Below, piece by piece: positions 1-10,746 of a stretch of 35,978 bases of DNA (position 1 is the stretch's first letter; each line of letters starts with the position of its first letter). Under the pieces are notes generated by a model that worked only from the letters and a program-made list of their open reading frames with translations, was not told where the DNA came from and ran no database searches. The position numbers were made by a program, and so were the translations under genes. This stretch comes from Octopus bimaculoides (taxonomy: Eukaryota), in contig NC_069006.1 of the NCBI RefSeq assembly GCF_001194135.2, forward strand, positions 25,184,880-25,220,857, read 5' to 3'.

Positions 1-30
1 GGGGGGGGGGGGATGAACACACACACACAT

Positions 31-232
31 GATGGGCTTCTTTCAGTTTCCGTCTACCAAATCCATTCACAAGGCCTTGGTTGGCCCAAGGCTATAGTTG
101 TAGAAACTTTGCCAGATCAGATTGGAGCTTGGTGCAGCCTTCTAAGGCTTGTCAGCCCTCAGTTCAGTTTGAACATAAAATGGGTAGGATATTTGAGCCT
201 GGTATGGCCAGTTGAAATGCTAAAGGGTAAGG
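31..232. mobile_element. Composite of SINE B (-, 31-104), RTE 3' UTR (+, about 105-165) and MITE right end (about 166-232) fragments
   Basis: The three segments match 29445-29515, 28425-28480 and 18245-18305 (or the reverse complement of 14899-14965) respectively. Confidence 0.65.
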
Positions 233-1269
233 GTTTGTGGCCAATTAATGTTGCTCTAAAAGTAAGTGTGACAGAGACAAAGAGTGTGTGTGAGAGAGAG
301 GGAGGGTAGAGAAAGTGACAGAAAGGGGGGGAGAGAGAGAAAGAGACAGCAAGAGGGAGAACATAAAGAGAGACACACGGACAGAAGAGTAGCTGTAGTG
401 GAACAATGACATTCCATCAAAGCTGGACAGGTTTTAGATACATAGCTGAACAAGTATTAGTTAATCATTGAGCAGTGTGTGTGACAATAGCTCTGCCACA
501 GCATTGTAACAATACATGGGAGGTATGTTATCATTTATAACAAGACCATCGGAACAGATTGACCATTAGCAAATAAAGAGTGTGACTCCTCCTTTGTCAG
601 ATCATCATGTAAGAAGAATTGGAGAAGAATGCATTCTTTGGTAGAGACAAGAATATGTTAGGTTGATTTTGAACAATACTGGCAACAAGACTGAAAGAAC
701 CAACTTGTTCTGTGATTACAGCAGCAAACAGGTGAGAACTGGTTTTGGGGAAAGATTAAGTTCATATAAAAACAAAAACTCATACATTTTTGTTGTTGTT
801 GCTGATTACAAGGGAAAAGCTATATTGAAAAGAATAAGCTGACAAATACTGCTGTGACTGTGCAGATTAAATAAATACAGGTGACACAGTTAATAATTGA
901 AACGTCAAATGTTTACGGATTACTTTGAGCACCGAGTCAACACTTTCTCTTGGAGGCACTCAATAATCTCTCTGTAAGCTCGTTAGTTGAAATGTTTCTT
1001 TTGTTTTCAAACGAGGAGCTGTAATAAGCATACAGCCCCACAAAAGCTCTATAGAATGGTACCAGACTACGGCTAGGTTCCTAACTCAAAGGTGGGGGGA
1101 GGGTAGGAGAAAGAAGTGGAGTGTGTTTAGCTAGATTGAAAAACTGTGTCCAACAGTTGTGACGCGAATAAAAGCTGTTGTTGAAATGACAGAGTTGGGT
1201 TTGTTTCAAGTGGTTCAATACCTGGTCTGACACTGACAGCTATGATGACAAGGGTTCTAGTTGATTTAA

Positions 1270-1548
1270 TCACTGGAACAGCCAGCTCATGAAATCAACA
1301 TACAAGTGGCTGAGTACTCCACAGACATGTGTACCCTGAATGTAGTTCTCAAGGAGATTCTGCATGACACAGAATGTGACAAGGCTGGCCCTCTTTGAAT
1401 TACTGGTACAACTGATTTTTGCTAGACGAGTGGACTGGAGCAACATGAAATAAAGTGTCTTACTCAAGGACACAACACACCATCTGAGAATTGAACTCAC
1501 GACCTTGCAACCATGAGCAAAATACTCAAACCACTAAGCCATGCGAGC
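1270..1548 (-). mobile_element. tRNA-headed SINE, family D
   Basis: The reverse complement has tggcttagtggtt (A box), gagttcaattc (B box) and tgtccttgagtaagacactttattt, and is colinear with 23234-23550. Confidence 0.8.
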
Positions 1549-2309
1549 TTCTCTACTGCAATTGATATTATTACTGTTATGAAAACCTCATCCAAACACA
1601 GTATACACATGTAATTAGGGGTTCGTTATTAACATAATTTCCTAACAACAACAGTTAAATATCTCTGAAGAATGGTACATAAAGATCATTGTGTGTACTT
1701 AAGTAAATTCCTCTGCAAGAATTAATTTGGATCATCGGAACTGTTTGTTGGCCGATTTAATGTCAAATAAACAGATGTTAACAAAAGGATAAACGAGATC
1801 TATGTGAGGTGGGTTTTATAGTTTTCTTTCTTTTCTTCCTTAATAACAATTTGTGCATGCTCTAATTACAGCCAGTTAACAATATAAAATATACAACATT
1901 GCTGTGTGGTAGATTAATCAGATTTGGTTGGAATAACGAGAAAGATAAGCAGTCTATAGGCAACATTATAAAGCGAATGAAGTGTTTTGTGAAAGATAGA
2001 TAGGAGTGGAGCAAACAAAGAGAAGAAAAGGCTAAATGGCTGGGGACCGACAGAATAGAATATTAAACATGATTAGAGGAACAATGACTGTGAAATAAAC
2101 GACTGATTGCTGACTAGATGAGGATGATGATGACAGGCCTATAGTTTACTATGTAGCCATTGTGTGTTGGGGGGGGGGGACAGGAAGCATCTCCAGAGCA
2201 AGCCACATAACTATGTTTGCTCCACATTGCCACACGAATAATATAGGTCCACTTGTTTCACAGAAACAAATAGAACAACCAGCTAAAAAAAAAAAAATTA
2301 CTTCAAATA

Positions 2310-2354
<45 letters not shown>

Positions 2355-2529
2355 GAAAATAAAAAATAAATGCCCTACCTCATGGGGAATTTAATGCATA
2401 AGCAGGTAAACCATCAACAAAAGACTGCATATTTGGAACATAAATTAACATGATATTTTAGTGGAAGGTTTTAATTTTGATCACTTCAAAAGAGTGGGTA
2501 TGTAACATCAGACCCAGCGGGGCCTTGCT

Positions 2530-2590
2530 AGCTCCAACCAAACTGTCCAACCCATGCCAGCACGGAAAACAGCCATATGATGAGGATGAC
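2530..2590 (+). mobile_element. Short RTE LINE 3' tail fragment
   Basis: caaactgtccaacccatgccagcacggaaaa is 28/31 identical to the reverse complement of 5383-5413 and is followed by atgatgaggatgac. Confidence 0.7.
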
Positions 2591-2757
2591 AATTTAGTGG
2601 AGGTGGGCAGAAATAAATGCATTGATCTTTCCCTGCCAACTTCCAACATATATTTCAAAATTGGGAATCTCCAGCCCTATCATTCACCCCCACCCTCACC
2701 CCATGGGTGTTACTAAAGAATCTGCGCAAAGGTGGGGGAAATTTCAAATGTTCTTAC

Positions 2758-2891
2758 CTGGCTGCACTGAGGTACATCATAAGTTCTCCATCAATAACAC
2801 ACAGCGGCCGCCAACGTAGCTCTTCCATGTGTTCGCTTTTCTCTGGCATGTCTGACGGAGACACATCACGTTTGTATTCAGGAAGCCGAGC
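2758..2891 (-). CDS. RERE: RERE/Atrophin-2 orthologue, internal coding exon (134 nt, phase 0 to phase 2), ELM2 domain
   Basis: gttttgttgtttgtttgtgtag|gct cgg...gca gcc ag|gtaaga. It translates ARLPEYKRDVSPSDMPEKSEHMEELRWRPLCVIDGELMMYLSAA(R), matching the recalled atrophin ELM2 pattern A.LP...EE..W.P.V.D.DL.MYLRAAR. It is in frame with the previous exon. Confidence 0.92.
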
Positions 2892-2960
2892 CTACACAAA
2901 CAAACAACAAAACACAAAACTCTCTCACTAAACATATTAAATACACATTATTACTATTAC

Positions 2961-3011
<51 letters not shown>

Positions 3012-3019
3012 TAAAAAAA

Positions 3020-3122
3020 GGCAGTGAGCTGTCAGAATCGTTAGCATGCTGGACAAAATGCTTAAAAGTATTTCACCCATCGCAACATTCTGAGTTCAAA
3101 TTCTGCTGAGGTTGATTTTGCA
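3020..3122 (+). mobile_element. SINE family A, head only
   Basis: ggcagtgagctgtcagaatcgttagcatgctgg...ctgagttcaaattctgctgaggttgattttgc matches 8866-8970. It is preceded by (ATT)n at about 2945-3012. Confidence 0.75.
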
Positions 3123-4086
3123 AATGACTGAAACAAATAAAAGAATATGTGTATACACACACACACACACACTACTACTGTTGCTCCACTTTTGCATCCG
3201 GATGAAAAAAAAAAAAAAAAGAGGGGGAAAATATCTCAAACATTACATTTTACATTCAGACATGAAACTTGAGTCACTTCAAAAATCCCAGAAATGCAAT
3301 CTATAAACACACACATTTATATATTCTGCTCAAACTGCTCAAGGAGCACATATAGAATTTTCATTAATGTTAAGGAGATTTAAATCCGATTTAAAACAGC
3401 AACCTGTTTCAAAGAGAAACAGAAATAATTCCTCTTCCTTCTGCTGCCAGAATTGCTGTAATATTGGATTATTATAGTCTTTAATATTTCCTGAGAGTAC
3501 ATCAATTACACATGCAACACGGACAATTCCAAACTAATTTCACTCGATGCCTCCTTATCTCGACCAAAACTTCTCTTGTCTGGCAATGCTGACAGCACTT
3601 AAAAGGGGTTTTGTTGTTTAGCAAAGGAAGTTTAACTAGTAAGACATCAGCAATTAATAACAGTACCACTGTTTACAATAATCAATAAACTACTCCCCCT
3701 CCCCCTCTCTCTCTAGCTCCCTCTATCTCATGCTATCAAACTGGCTTCAAAGATCAGCCTTTAACAGTTTGAGAAGCCAGCCTAGCCAAGCATAAAGTTC
3801 ACACCAAACAAACCGCAGTAAGATGGTTTCCTCTTGCACTGGTAGAACCATGTTAAGAAGGATAAAAACAAAACAATACAAATAATAGCAATAAAGAAAT
3901 TAAGTAAATAGATAGATAAGTGAAGGAAAATAATGATGTTGTTGATGATGACGATGATGATGATGATGATGAAAAGAAGACGAAGAAAAAAAATCTTCTC
4001 ATTACAATGAGAAATCTGTTTGTCAATAATGTTGCTATGCAACAAAGAAAAGAAATATTTCCCTGTGGAACAGGAAAAAAAATCCA

Positions 4087-4482
4087 ACATATATATATAT
4101 ATATATATACATACATACATACATACATACACACATATATATACATATATAAATACACATACATACATATATACAAACATATATAAATACATATACATAC
4201 ATATATTACATATATATACATGTATATATACATATACATACACATATATATATACATACATATACGTATATACATACATATGTATACATGCATAGATGTA
4301 CATACATATATACGTATATACATACATGTGTGCAGATATATATATATATACATACACTCAAATACATATGTACAAATACATACACTCACAGATATATATA
4401 TATTGGACATACAAGACAATATCAAAAGACAAAAAAAAAACAAAAACAAAATGCATATTTATTTGTCGGTGTATAGTGTCGG

Positions 4483-4530
<48 letters not shown>

Positions 4531-4555
4531 GAGAGAGAGGAGGAGGGAGAGAGAT
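4087..4555. repeat. Compound microsatellite (TA)n/(TACA)n/(CA)n followed by (GA)n
   Basis: Seen directly; it is the source of many spurious Y/I/M/C-rich ORFs in the track. Confidence 0.95.
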
Positions 4556-5360
4556 ATTGGAAAATATATTCTTTTAGATTTATTGTGTGTATCATTTGGG
4601 AAAGATATTTAATACAACTTTGATGAGTCACAGACATTAAGAGATCCTGTTATGCTTAACAAATACATCATCCAGAAAAGATATTGAACAGTGCAGCAGC
4701 AGCAGCGCGCTTTCTGGGGTCTTGTTTGTTTTTTTAATATAATAATAATAATCATCATCATCATCATCTTCATCATCTTCATTATTATTACTACTACTTT
4801 TTTGGTTTTTGTGAAACCGTTCCTCTTATTTTCTTTTTATTTAATGTCGAGAAAATATTATACCTCCTGTTACGTTTTATACCACATCTCATCCGTCATC
4901 ATCACCATCAATACCACCACCACCACCATCGAAGTCATTATATTCATTGTCAATTTTCTTATTCTTTCTCTTGTCTCCATGCAGTATAGATCCGGCTTGC
5001 CGGGGTTATTTCATCCACGTAGCTCCCTTAGTAACAACAAACATTTACTAAATAGCCGCTTTTTTTTGTGTGCGTGTGTTTTTACCATTTCTAATTTTAT
5101 GGCCCTGCCACACAATGCAAAATGTTGTCTGGTAGAAGACATGGTATCACCAAGGGTTGTGCTTTATTACAGTTGAAGAGGAATTCAGATGGAGTCAGAA
5201 GAGCTGGGCATTAAGGGTCTGAGATTTGTTCAGTCTTAATCAAAGACCAACATCTGTTATTCGGTTCTATAAAATGGTTCAAACTCTCTTCTATTAATTC
5301 ATTTCATCTACAAAAACCCAATTTTTTTTCTTTATCTTTTCTTTTGTTTTTTAACAAAAA

Positions 5361-6108
5361 CATCATCATCATTTAACGTCCACTTTCCATGCTGGCATGG
5401 GTTGGACGGTTTGACTGAGGACTGGTGAAACCAGATAGCTACACCAGGTCCCAATCTGATTTGGCAATGTTTCTACAGCTGGATGCCCTTCCTAACACCA
5501 ACCACTCTGAGTGTGTAGTGGGTGCTTTTTATGTGCAACTGGTGTGGGAGCCAGTCTGGTGGAACTGGCATCGACCATGCTCAAATGGTCCTTTTTATGT
5601 GCCACTGGCACAGGTGCCAGTCAGGTGGCACTGGCATCAGCCATGATAATGATTTAACTTGACTCAACAGGTCTTCTCAAGCACAGTATATTACCCAATG
5701 ATTGAACGGTACTCGCAAATGGGCCGGTTATACAGCACTGGCATAGGCCATGGCCATGGTTTCACTTGGCTTGCCGGGACAACTCAAGCACAGCATATCT
5801 CTCCAAAGGTCTCAGTCACTTGTCATTGCCTTGGTGAGGCCCAACATTTGAAGGTTGTGCTTCACCACCTCATCCTAAGTCTTCCTGGGTCTACCTCTTC
5901 TCTCCACTGTTAGAGTGTGACACTTTTTCACACCGCTGTCCTCATCCATATGCAACACATGGCCACACCAGCGCAGTCGTCTCTCTCGCACACCACATCT
6001 GATGCTTCTTATGTCCAATTTTTCTCTCAGGGTGCTTACACTCTGTCATGTATGCACACAGACGTTACACATCCAGCGGAGCATACTGGCTTCATTTCTT
6101 GCAAGCTT
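5361..6108 (-). mobile_element. 5'-truncated RTE-clade LINE (ORF2 C-terminus, 3' UTR, (GAT)n tail), degenerate
   Basis: Minus frame from 6108 reads KLARNEASMLRWMCNVCVHT*QSVSTLREKLDIRSIRCGVRERRLRWCGHVLHMDEDSGVKKCHTLTVERRGRPRKT*DEVVKHNLQMLGLTKAMTSD*DLW. The RLRW.GHV and RGRP.KTW motifs are typical of the RTE C-terminus, here with 3 in-frame stops. It ends in catcatcatcatttaacgtcc on the + strand. Confidence 0.85.
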
Positions 6109-6192
6109 GTCGATCACACACACACACACACACATGTATCATGCATGTATATATATACATATATATAAAGGCATACAAAAAGATGGTCTCAC

Positions 6193-6346
6193 CTGGTGGC
6201 TCGTGCCAACCCGAATTTCTCCCTGCGTTGTCGCCAGCCTTTTGCTTTCAGGATTATAGCCCAAGATATAAAAGAAAGAATCCTGGACAGGTTTAAATTC
6301 TCGGGCAGACACAATATCTTTGAAATGTTGAACCTTACATCTGCCT
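6193..6346 (-). CDS. RERE: RERE/Atrophin-2 orthologue, internal coding exon (154 nt, phase 2 to phase 0), end of BAH and start of ELM2
   Basis: Long pyrimidine tract tttcttctttatttcag|a ggc aga...cac cag|gtgaga. It translates (R)[51 protein letters not shown], versus recalled human [56 protein letters not shown]. It lies inside track ORF 6139..6399(-). Confidence 0.95.
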
Positions 6347-6499
6347 CTGAAATAAAGAAGAAAAAAAAGAAAAGAAAAGAAGAAAACATGATAATTCAAT
6401 TAATAAATCAAGTCAGGTTGTGGCAACGACAAGAACAATCTGCAAATCAAAACGAATTCAGAATTTCAAATTTAAGAGACTGATAGAATAGGTACAAGG

Positions 6500-6612
6500 C
6501 TTTGAAAAAATAAGTACTGGGGGTTAATTCATTTGACGAAAAAAAGTTCTTCAAGGCAGTGCCCCAGTATGGCCACAATCAAGTGACTTAAGTAAAAAAA
6601 AAAGTTAAGATA
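6500..6612 (+). mobile_element. SINE 3' tail, family C; also at about 24455-24523 (+) and 31795-31855 (-)
   Basis: Shared ttcttcaagg(c/t)(a/g)gtgccccag(t/c)atggcc(a/g)ca...aagt(a/g)aaa...gata in all three copies. Confidence 0.6.
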
Positions 6613-6625
6613 ATAAATGCATAAG

Positions 6626-6850
6626 CGCTTTTAATGTGGCCCCACCACAGGTGGTTTTTTTACATGGCACCAGCATGAGTGCTTTTTAATGTGACACCAG
6701 CATGGGTGCTTTTATTGTGGAACCACCATGGGTGCTTTTTATGTGGCACTGACACAAGTGCTTAACATGTGGCACCAGCACGAGTGCTTTTAACATGGCA
6801 CAGGTGCTTTACAGATGGCACCAGCATGGGTGGCTTGAACGTGGCACCAA
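6626..6850. repeat. Minisatellite of about 8-9 units of about 26 bp, consensus near atgtggcaccagcatgggtgcttttta
   Basis: Units are visible directly, e.g. catggcaccagcatgagtgctttttaa, tgtgacaccagcatgggtgcttttat, tgtggcaccagcacgagtgcttttaa. They are head-to-tail with no unique spacers. Confidence 0.85.
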
Positions 6851-7417
6851 GTATTTTCTTCTGAGAAAAATATTACATAGGAACTCTCTTTTTCTCTCTG
6901 TCTCTCTCAGAAATAATCTCCAATTTTCTTCCAAACTACATTATCCTTTGCGCAAAATACATTTCCAAGAATAATATGGCCAGAAATTCTGGCTGGTTTA
7001 AATGCTCAAGAGATGCAGTATGATAATACCCTGCTCCTACAACTCCATGAAGGACGGGAGAAGTGGTTAAAGACACACAGTAACGTACAAAGATAGAGAG
7101 ATCTTGTTCTTGACACTGGGAAAAGTTGCTAAAAATATAAAGCTTACCAAATATACATGTGTGTCTGTATCAATGGGAAACAGCTGCACATAGGTTCTGT
7201 TTTATTTCCTTTTGTTACTTTATTTAATTACCTAGTTGACTAATTAATTGATTGCCTTATCAATCATTTAATCAAATGTTGCCAACCATGACCTCCTCAG
7301 TGACTTGCCCTTGCTATGTCAGATCTCGGCCAAAAAAAAAAAAAAAAAAANNNNNNNNNNNNNNNNNNNNNNNNNNNNNNNNNNNNNNNNNNNNNNNNNN
7401 NNNNNNNNNNNNNNNNN

Positions 7418-7479
<62 letters not shown>

Positions 7480-7570
7480 TGTATTTATATTCATATAGAG
7501 ATAGTTTTGTGTGTGTATTAATATTAAGAAGTGTAAGGAAGTCAGAAGATAAGAGCGAACGGTGCTTTAC

Positions 7571-7667
7571 CTTAATGTTGCTACCTGGTAGGTGTCACAT
7601 ACATCAGAGATGAATAATTCCCGGGAACTGATCAAAGGATCCTTGATAGCAAGGTCAATGCCAGATT
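7571..7667 (-). CDS. RERE: RERE/Atrophin-2 orthologue, internal coding exon (97 nt, phase 1 to phase 2), BAH domain
   Basis: Minus strand reads ttgttcttttcag|aa tct ggc...aca tta ag|gtaaag. It translates xSGIDLAIKDPLISSRELFISDVCDTYQVATL(R), resembling recalled human RERE [33 protein letters not shown]. It joins the next exon in frame. The ORF track misses it. Confidence 0.92.
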
Positions 7668-7859
7668 CTGAAAAGAACAACACAACAGGGAACACATTTA
7701 ATAAGGATGATAATGATAAGAATAATAATGATAAGAATAATAATTATAAGAATAACAACAAGAGCACTCAGAAAGCGCAAACTTCTATCAAGGCAACACC
7801 AACGTCCTCTCAATGATTAGCCAGAGAGGATTTTAAAAATGCGAATATCTGAAATAAAC

Positions 7860-8074
7860 TTGACTGCTCTCACAAACGAGAATACAAAAAATGAACCCAA
7901 TTGCTCTCAAAAATTAAGTAAAAAAACAGGAAAAATAATCCAGAATCTTTGTCTGGTACCAGATCGATCCCAAAATCTAATTAGTTTGTGCCAGTCATGA
8001 GGCCAAACATCCTTGAAAGTTTCATCCGAATCCATCCAGCAGTTCTTGAGATATCTTTGTCCATGGATAAACAG
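7860..8074. mobile_element. Possible non-autonomous Helentron/Helitron-like (HINE-type) repeat
   Basis: Contains aagtttcatccgaatccatccagcagttcttgagatatc, resembling recalled invertebrate rolling-circle non-autonomous repeats. Termini are not resolved. Confidence 0.35.
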
Positions 8075-8823
8075 TTTCAATGCTGAAGAGTTAAAATCCT
8101 CAAGAGATGCAGTATGTTAACACAGTGACCTTACAACTCCATCAAGGATGGAAGAAAGAAGTGTTAAGACACACTGGTCCCATTAAACCATCGAAGACAA
8201 TCAGGGAGCACTTACTAGAAATAAAAACTAAATCTTCGTCAAATTACACCCTACTGTTTCGAAAACAGAGGAGACACCCTGAATAATCCAACCAGACATC
8301 CATCCATCCACCTTCTCAGCTCCCTATTCTTGGGAGGTTGAGGGAGTACCATCCTTAGGTACTTCTTCCATAGGATCCTATCAGAAGCAGTCATCGTTAC
8401 TCCCTCATGTGAAATTCTCAAATGTGACCACTGAATAATGAAGTCCAGAAACAACAATGGTCAGTCTGACTGAGAGCATAGGTCTGTTCGATCAGGACTG
8501 ACCAAGGGCTAAACAACAACAACAACAACAAGAGGATTAGAGCAATTGATTATTAAGTGTATTTAGTAAAAGTCTGACCATGACAGAAACCAGCTCCAAC
8601 CAAAGCTAAAGCAGATTTGTTAGTCCATCGCCTCAGCTGGTCGCAATTCTTCACAAGCATTACAGATCATTAAATTAATCTGCAGCTAATTACAATAAGA
8701 CTTATTGAACTTGCAGTGTCTGGACTAGAATTACAGCCACTTAATCTCACAAATATGACACCACTTAAATAATGACATTCGCAACAACAGAGTCAAAATG
8801 GAAATTACTATTATTATTACTAC

Positions 8824-8865
<42 letters not shown>

Positions 8866-9080
8866 GGCAGTGAGCTGGCAGAATTTGTTAACATGCTGGG
8901 CAAAATGCTTAGTGGCATTTCATCTGTCTTTACATTCTGAGTTCAAATTCCACTGTGGTCGACTTTGCCTTTCACCCTTTCAGGGGATCGATCAATTAAG
9001 TACCAGTGAAACACTGGGGTCGATGTAATCAACTCGTCCCCTCCCTCAAAATTTCAGGCCTTGTACCTTTAGTAGAAAGG
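8866..9080 (+). mobile_element. tRNA-headed SINE, family A, near full length, flanked by (ATT)n on both sides
   Basis: A-box-like tggcagaat and B-box-like gagttcaaattcc. Central gtcgactttgcctttca...aagtaccagt...ctggggtcgat is shared with several other copies in the window. Confidence 0.8.
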
Positions 9081-9116
<36 letters not shown>

Positions 9117-9561
9117 TATTCATCAAGTTATTAATGTAACAATTTCAGTGACATGAAGAAGCAGCATAATTCTTAATAACTGGAAGCAACATTAAAATAA
9201 ATTTCCATTTCATAAGTCTTAAGAAAAGCGACTTCTTCAGCTTATTGCCAAACAGTGGCCATCAAAGTAGATTTCTTCACAGTAACATCTCAGTTAATAA
9301 GCATTTAACAAATTGTTTTCTTCAGCAACAAGAAATTTTAGAGAAATAAATAAAATTTAAAGACACTTCTTCTGTCTCCTTTATATATATTTCCTTAGAA
9401 ATATATTATCAGCTAATATTTATGCTGGCAAGGTGAAAGATGTTATTATTATTATTAATAATAATAGTAGTAATAATAATAACAGTGACATACATTGAAT
9501 AATGGAATGTCTTAGAGTTGAAGTAATTTATAAGAGGAATTAAATTGGGAGAGAAAAATGG

Positions 9562-9619
<58 letters not shown>

Positions 9620-9681
9620 NNNNNNNNNNNNNNNNNNNNNNNNNNNNNNNNNNNNNNNNNNNNNNNNNNNNNNNNNNNNNN

Positions 9682-9734
<53 letters not shown>

Positions 9735-9950
9735 CATACTTATACATACATAAATATAAATACATATATACTCATACCAATATACATACATGCACATATC
9801 CACACGTATATACGTACCCATACACACTTGCACACAATACATATAGACATACACATAAGTACACATTAAAGAGACAGACATATACACAACACATCTACAC
9901 ACACATTACATAGACGTATCTACTCACACACACACACACACACACACATT
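9562..9950. repeat. (GT)n - gap - (AT)n - degenerate (CA/TA)n microsatellite block
   Basis: Seen directly; the gap is at 9620-9681. Confidence 0.95.
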
Positions 9951-10494
9951 ATATACAGACATGTGAGATGAATATTTTTAATATCGCATATAATGAAAAA
10001 ACAAAAAAGAAATTCCTGAGATGAGAGAGAGAGAGAGAAAGAGAGAACATTAATCAGGCTCTTCCAAGACAACGCAATTGAAAGACATGGATAATTGTGG
10101 AAGCGAACACAAGTGAATTAAGAGAGGAGAAGAACATCATCTTGTTGTTGGAGTTGTTCAGAAAATTAGCTTCAAGGAGGAATCTCAGGACGGAATGAGA
10201 TGGAATGGATGACAGTCGACTCACTGGAATGCAAGACTGAGACAACTGCTGCTTTTTAAATAACTTTTAATCAATAGCTAAACCAAAATAATATTCTCTC
10301 TTCTCTCTCTTTTTTTTTTTTTTTTTNNNNNNNNNNNNNNNNNNNNNNNNNNNNNNNNNNNNNNNNNNNNNNNNNNNNNNNNNNNNNNNNNNNNNNNNNN
10401 NNNNNNNNNNNNNNNNNNNNNNNNNNNNNNNNNNNNNNNNNNNNNNNNNNNNNNNNNNNNNNNNNNNNNNNNNNNNNNNNNNNNNNNNNNNNNN

Positions 10495-10551
<57 letters not shown>

Positions 10552-10746
10552 ATTAGCCTCAGTTTAGAAGTGTGCATAACGCTATTCAGAAGGTTGTGTT
10601 TGCCGGGTGCAGCAGACAAAGTAGCTGTTGTTTGAACGAAAACACATTAAATGTGTGTTTGATGCATGTATATTGTATAATGTGTTTGACGAGTGTGCAC
10701 AAATGTTTGATGAGAGTATAGTAACTTTTGTTTGATGGATATATAT

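Noticed and set aside
601-731. Plus-strand exon-like segment (tttgtcag|...cag|gtgaga)
   Set aside because: Stop codons occur in all three frames from that acceptor, and it does not encode the expected next RERE exon (SMAAFAGMCDGG).
3782-4612. Long track ORFs (up to 198 aa), and similar ones at 13041-14280 and 25114-25620
   Set aside because: They are translations of dinucleotide microsatellites or N gaps, with no domain signal.
6626-6850. CRISPR-like array of quasi-palindromic repeats of about 26 bp
   Set aside because: Units are contiguous with no unique spacers, there are no cas genes, and the context is a eukaryotic intron.
7571-7584. Internal CAG|GTAGCA alternative donor 14 nt upstream of the used donor
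   Set aside because: Weak consensus, and it would frameshift the conserved downstream exons.
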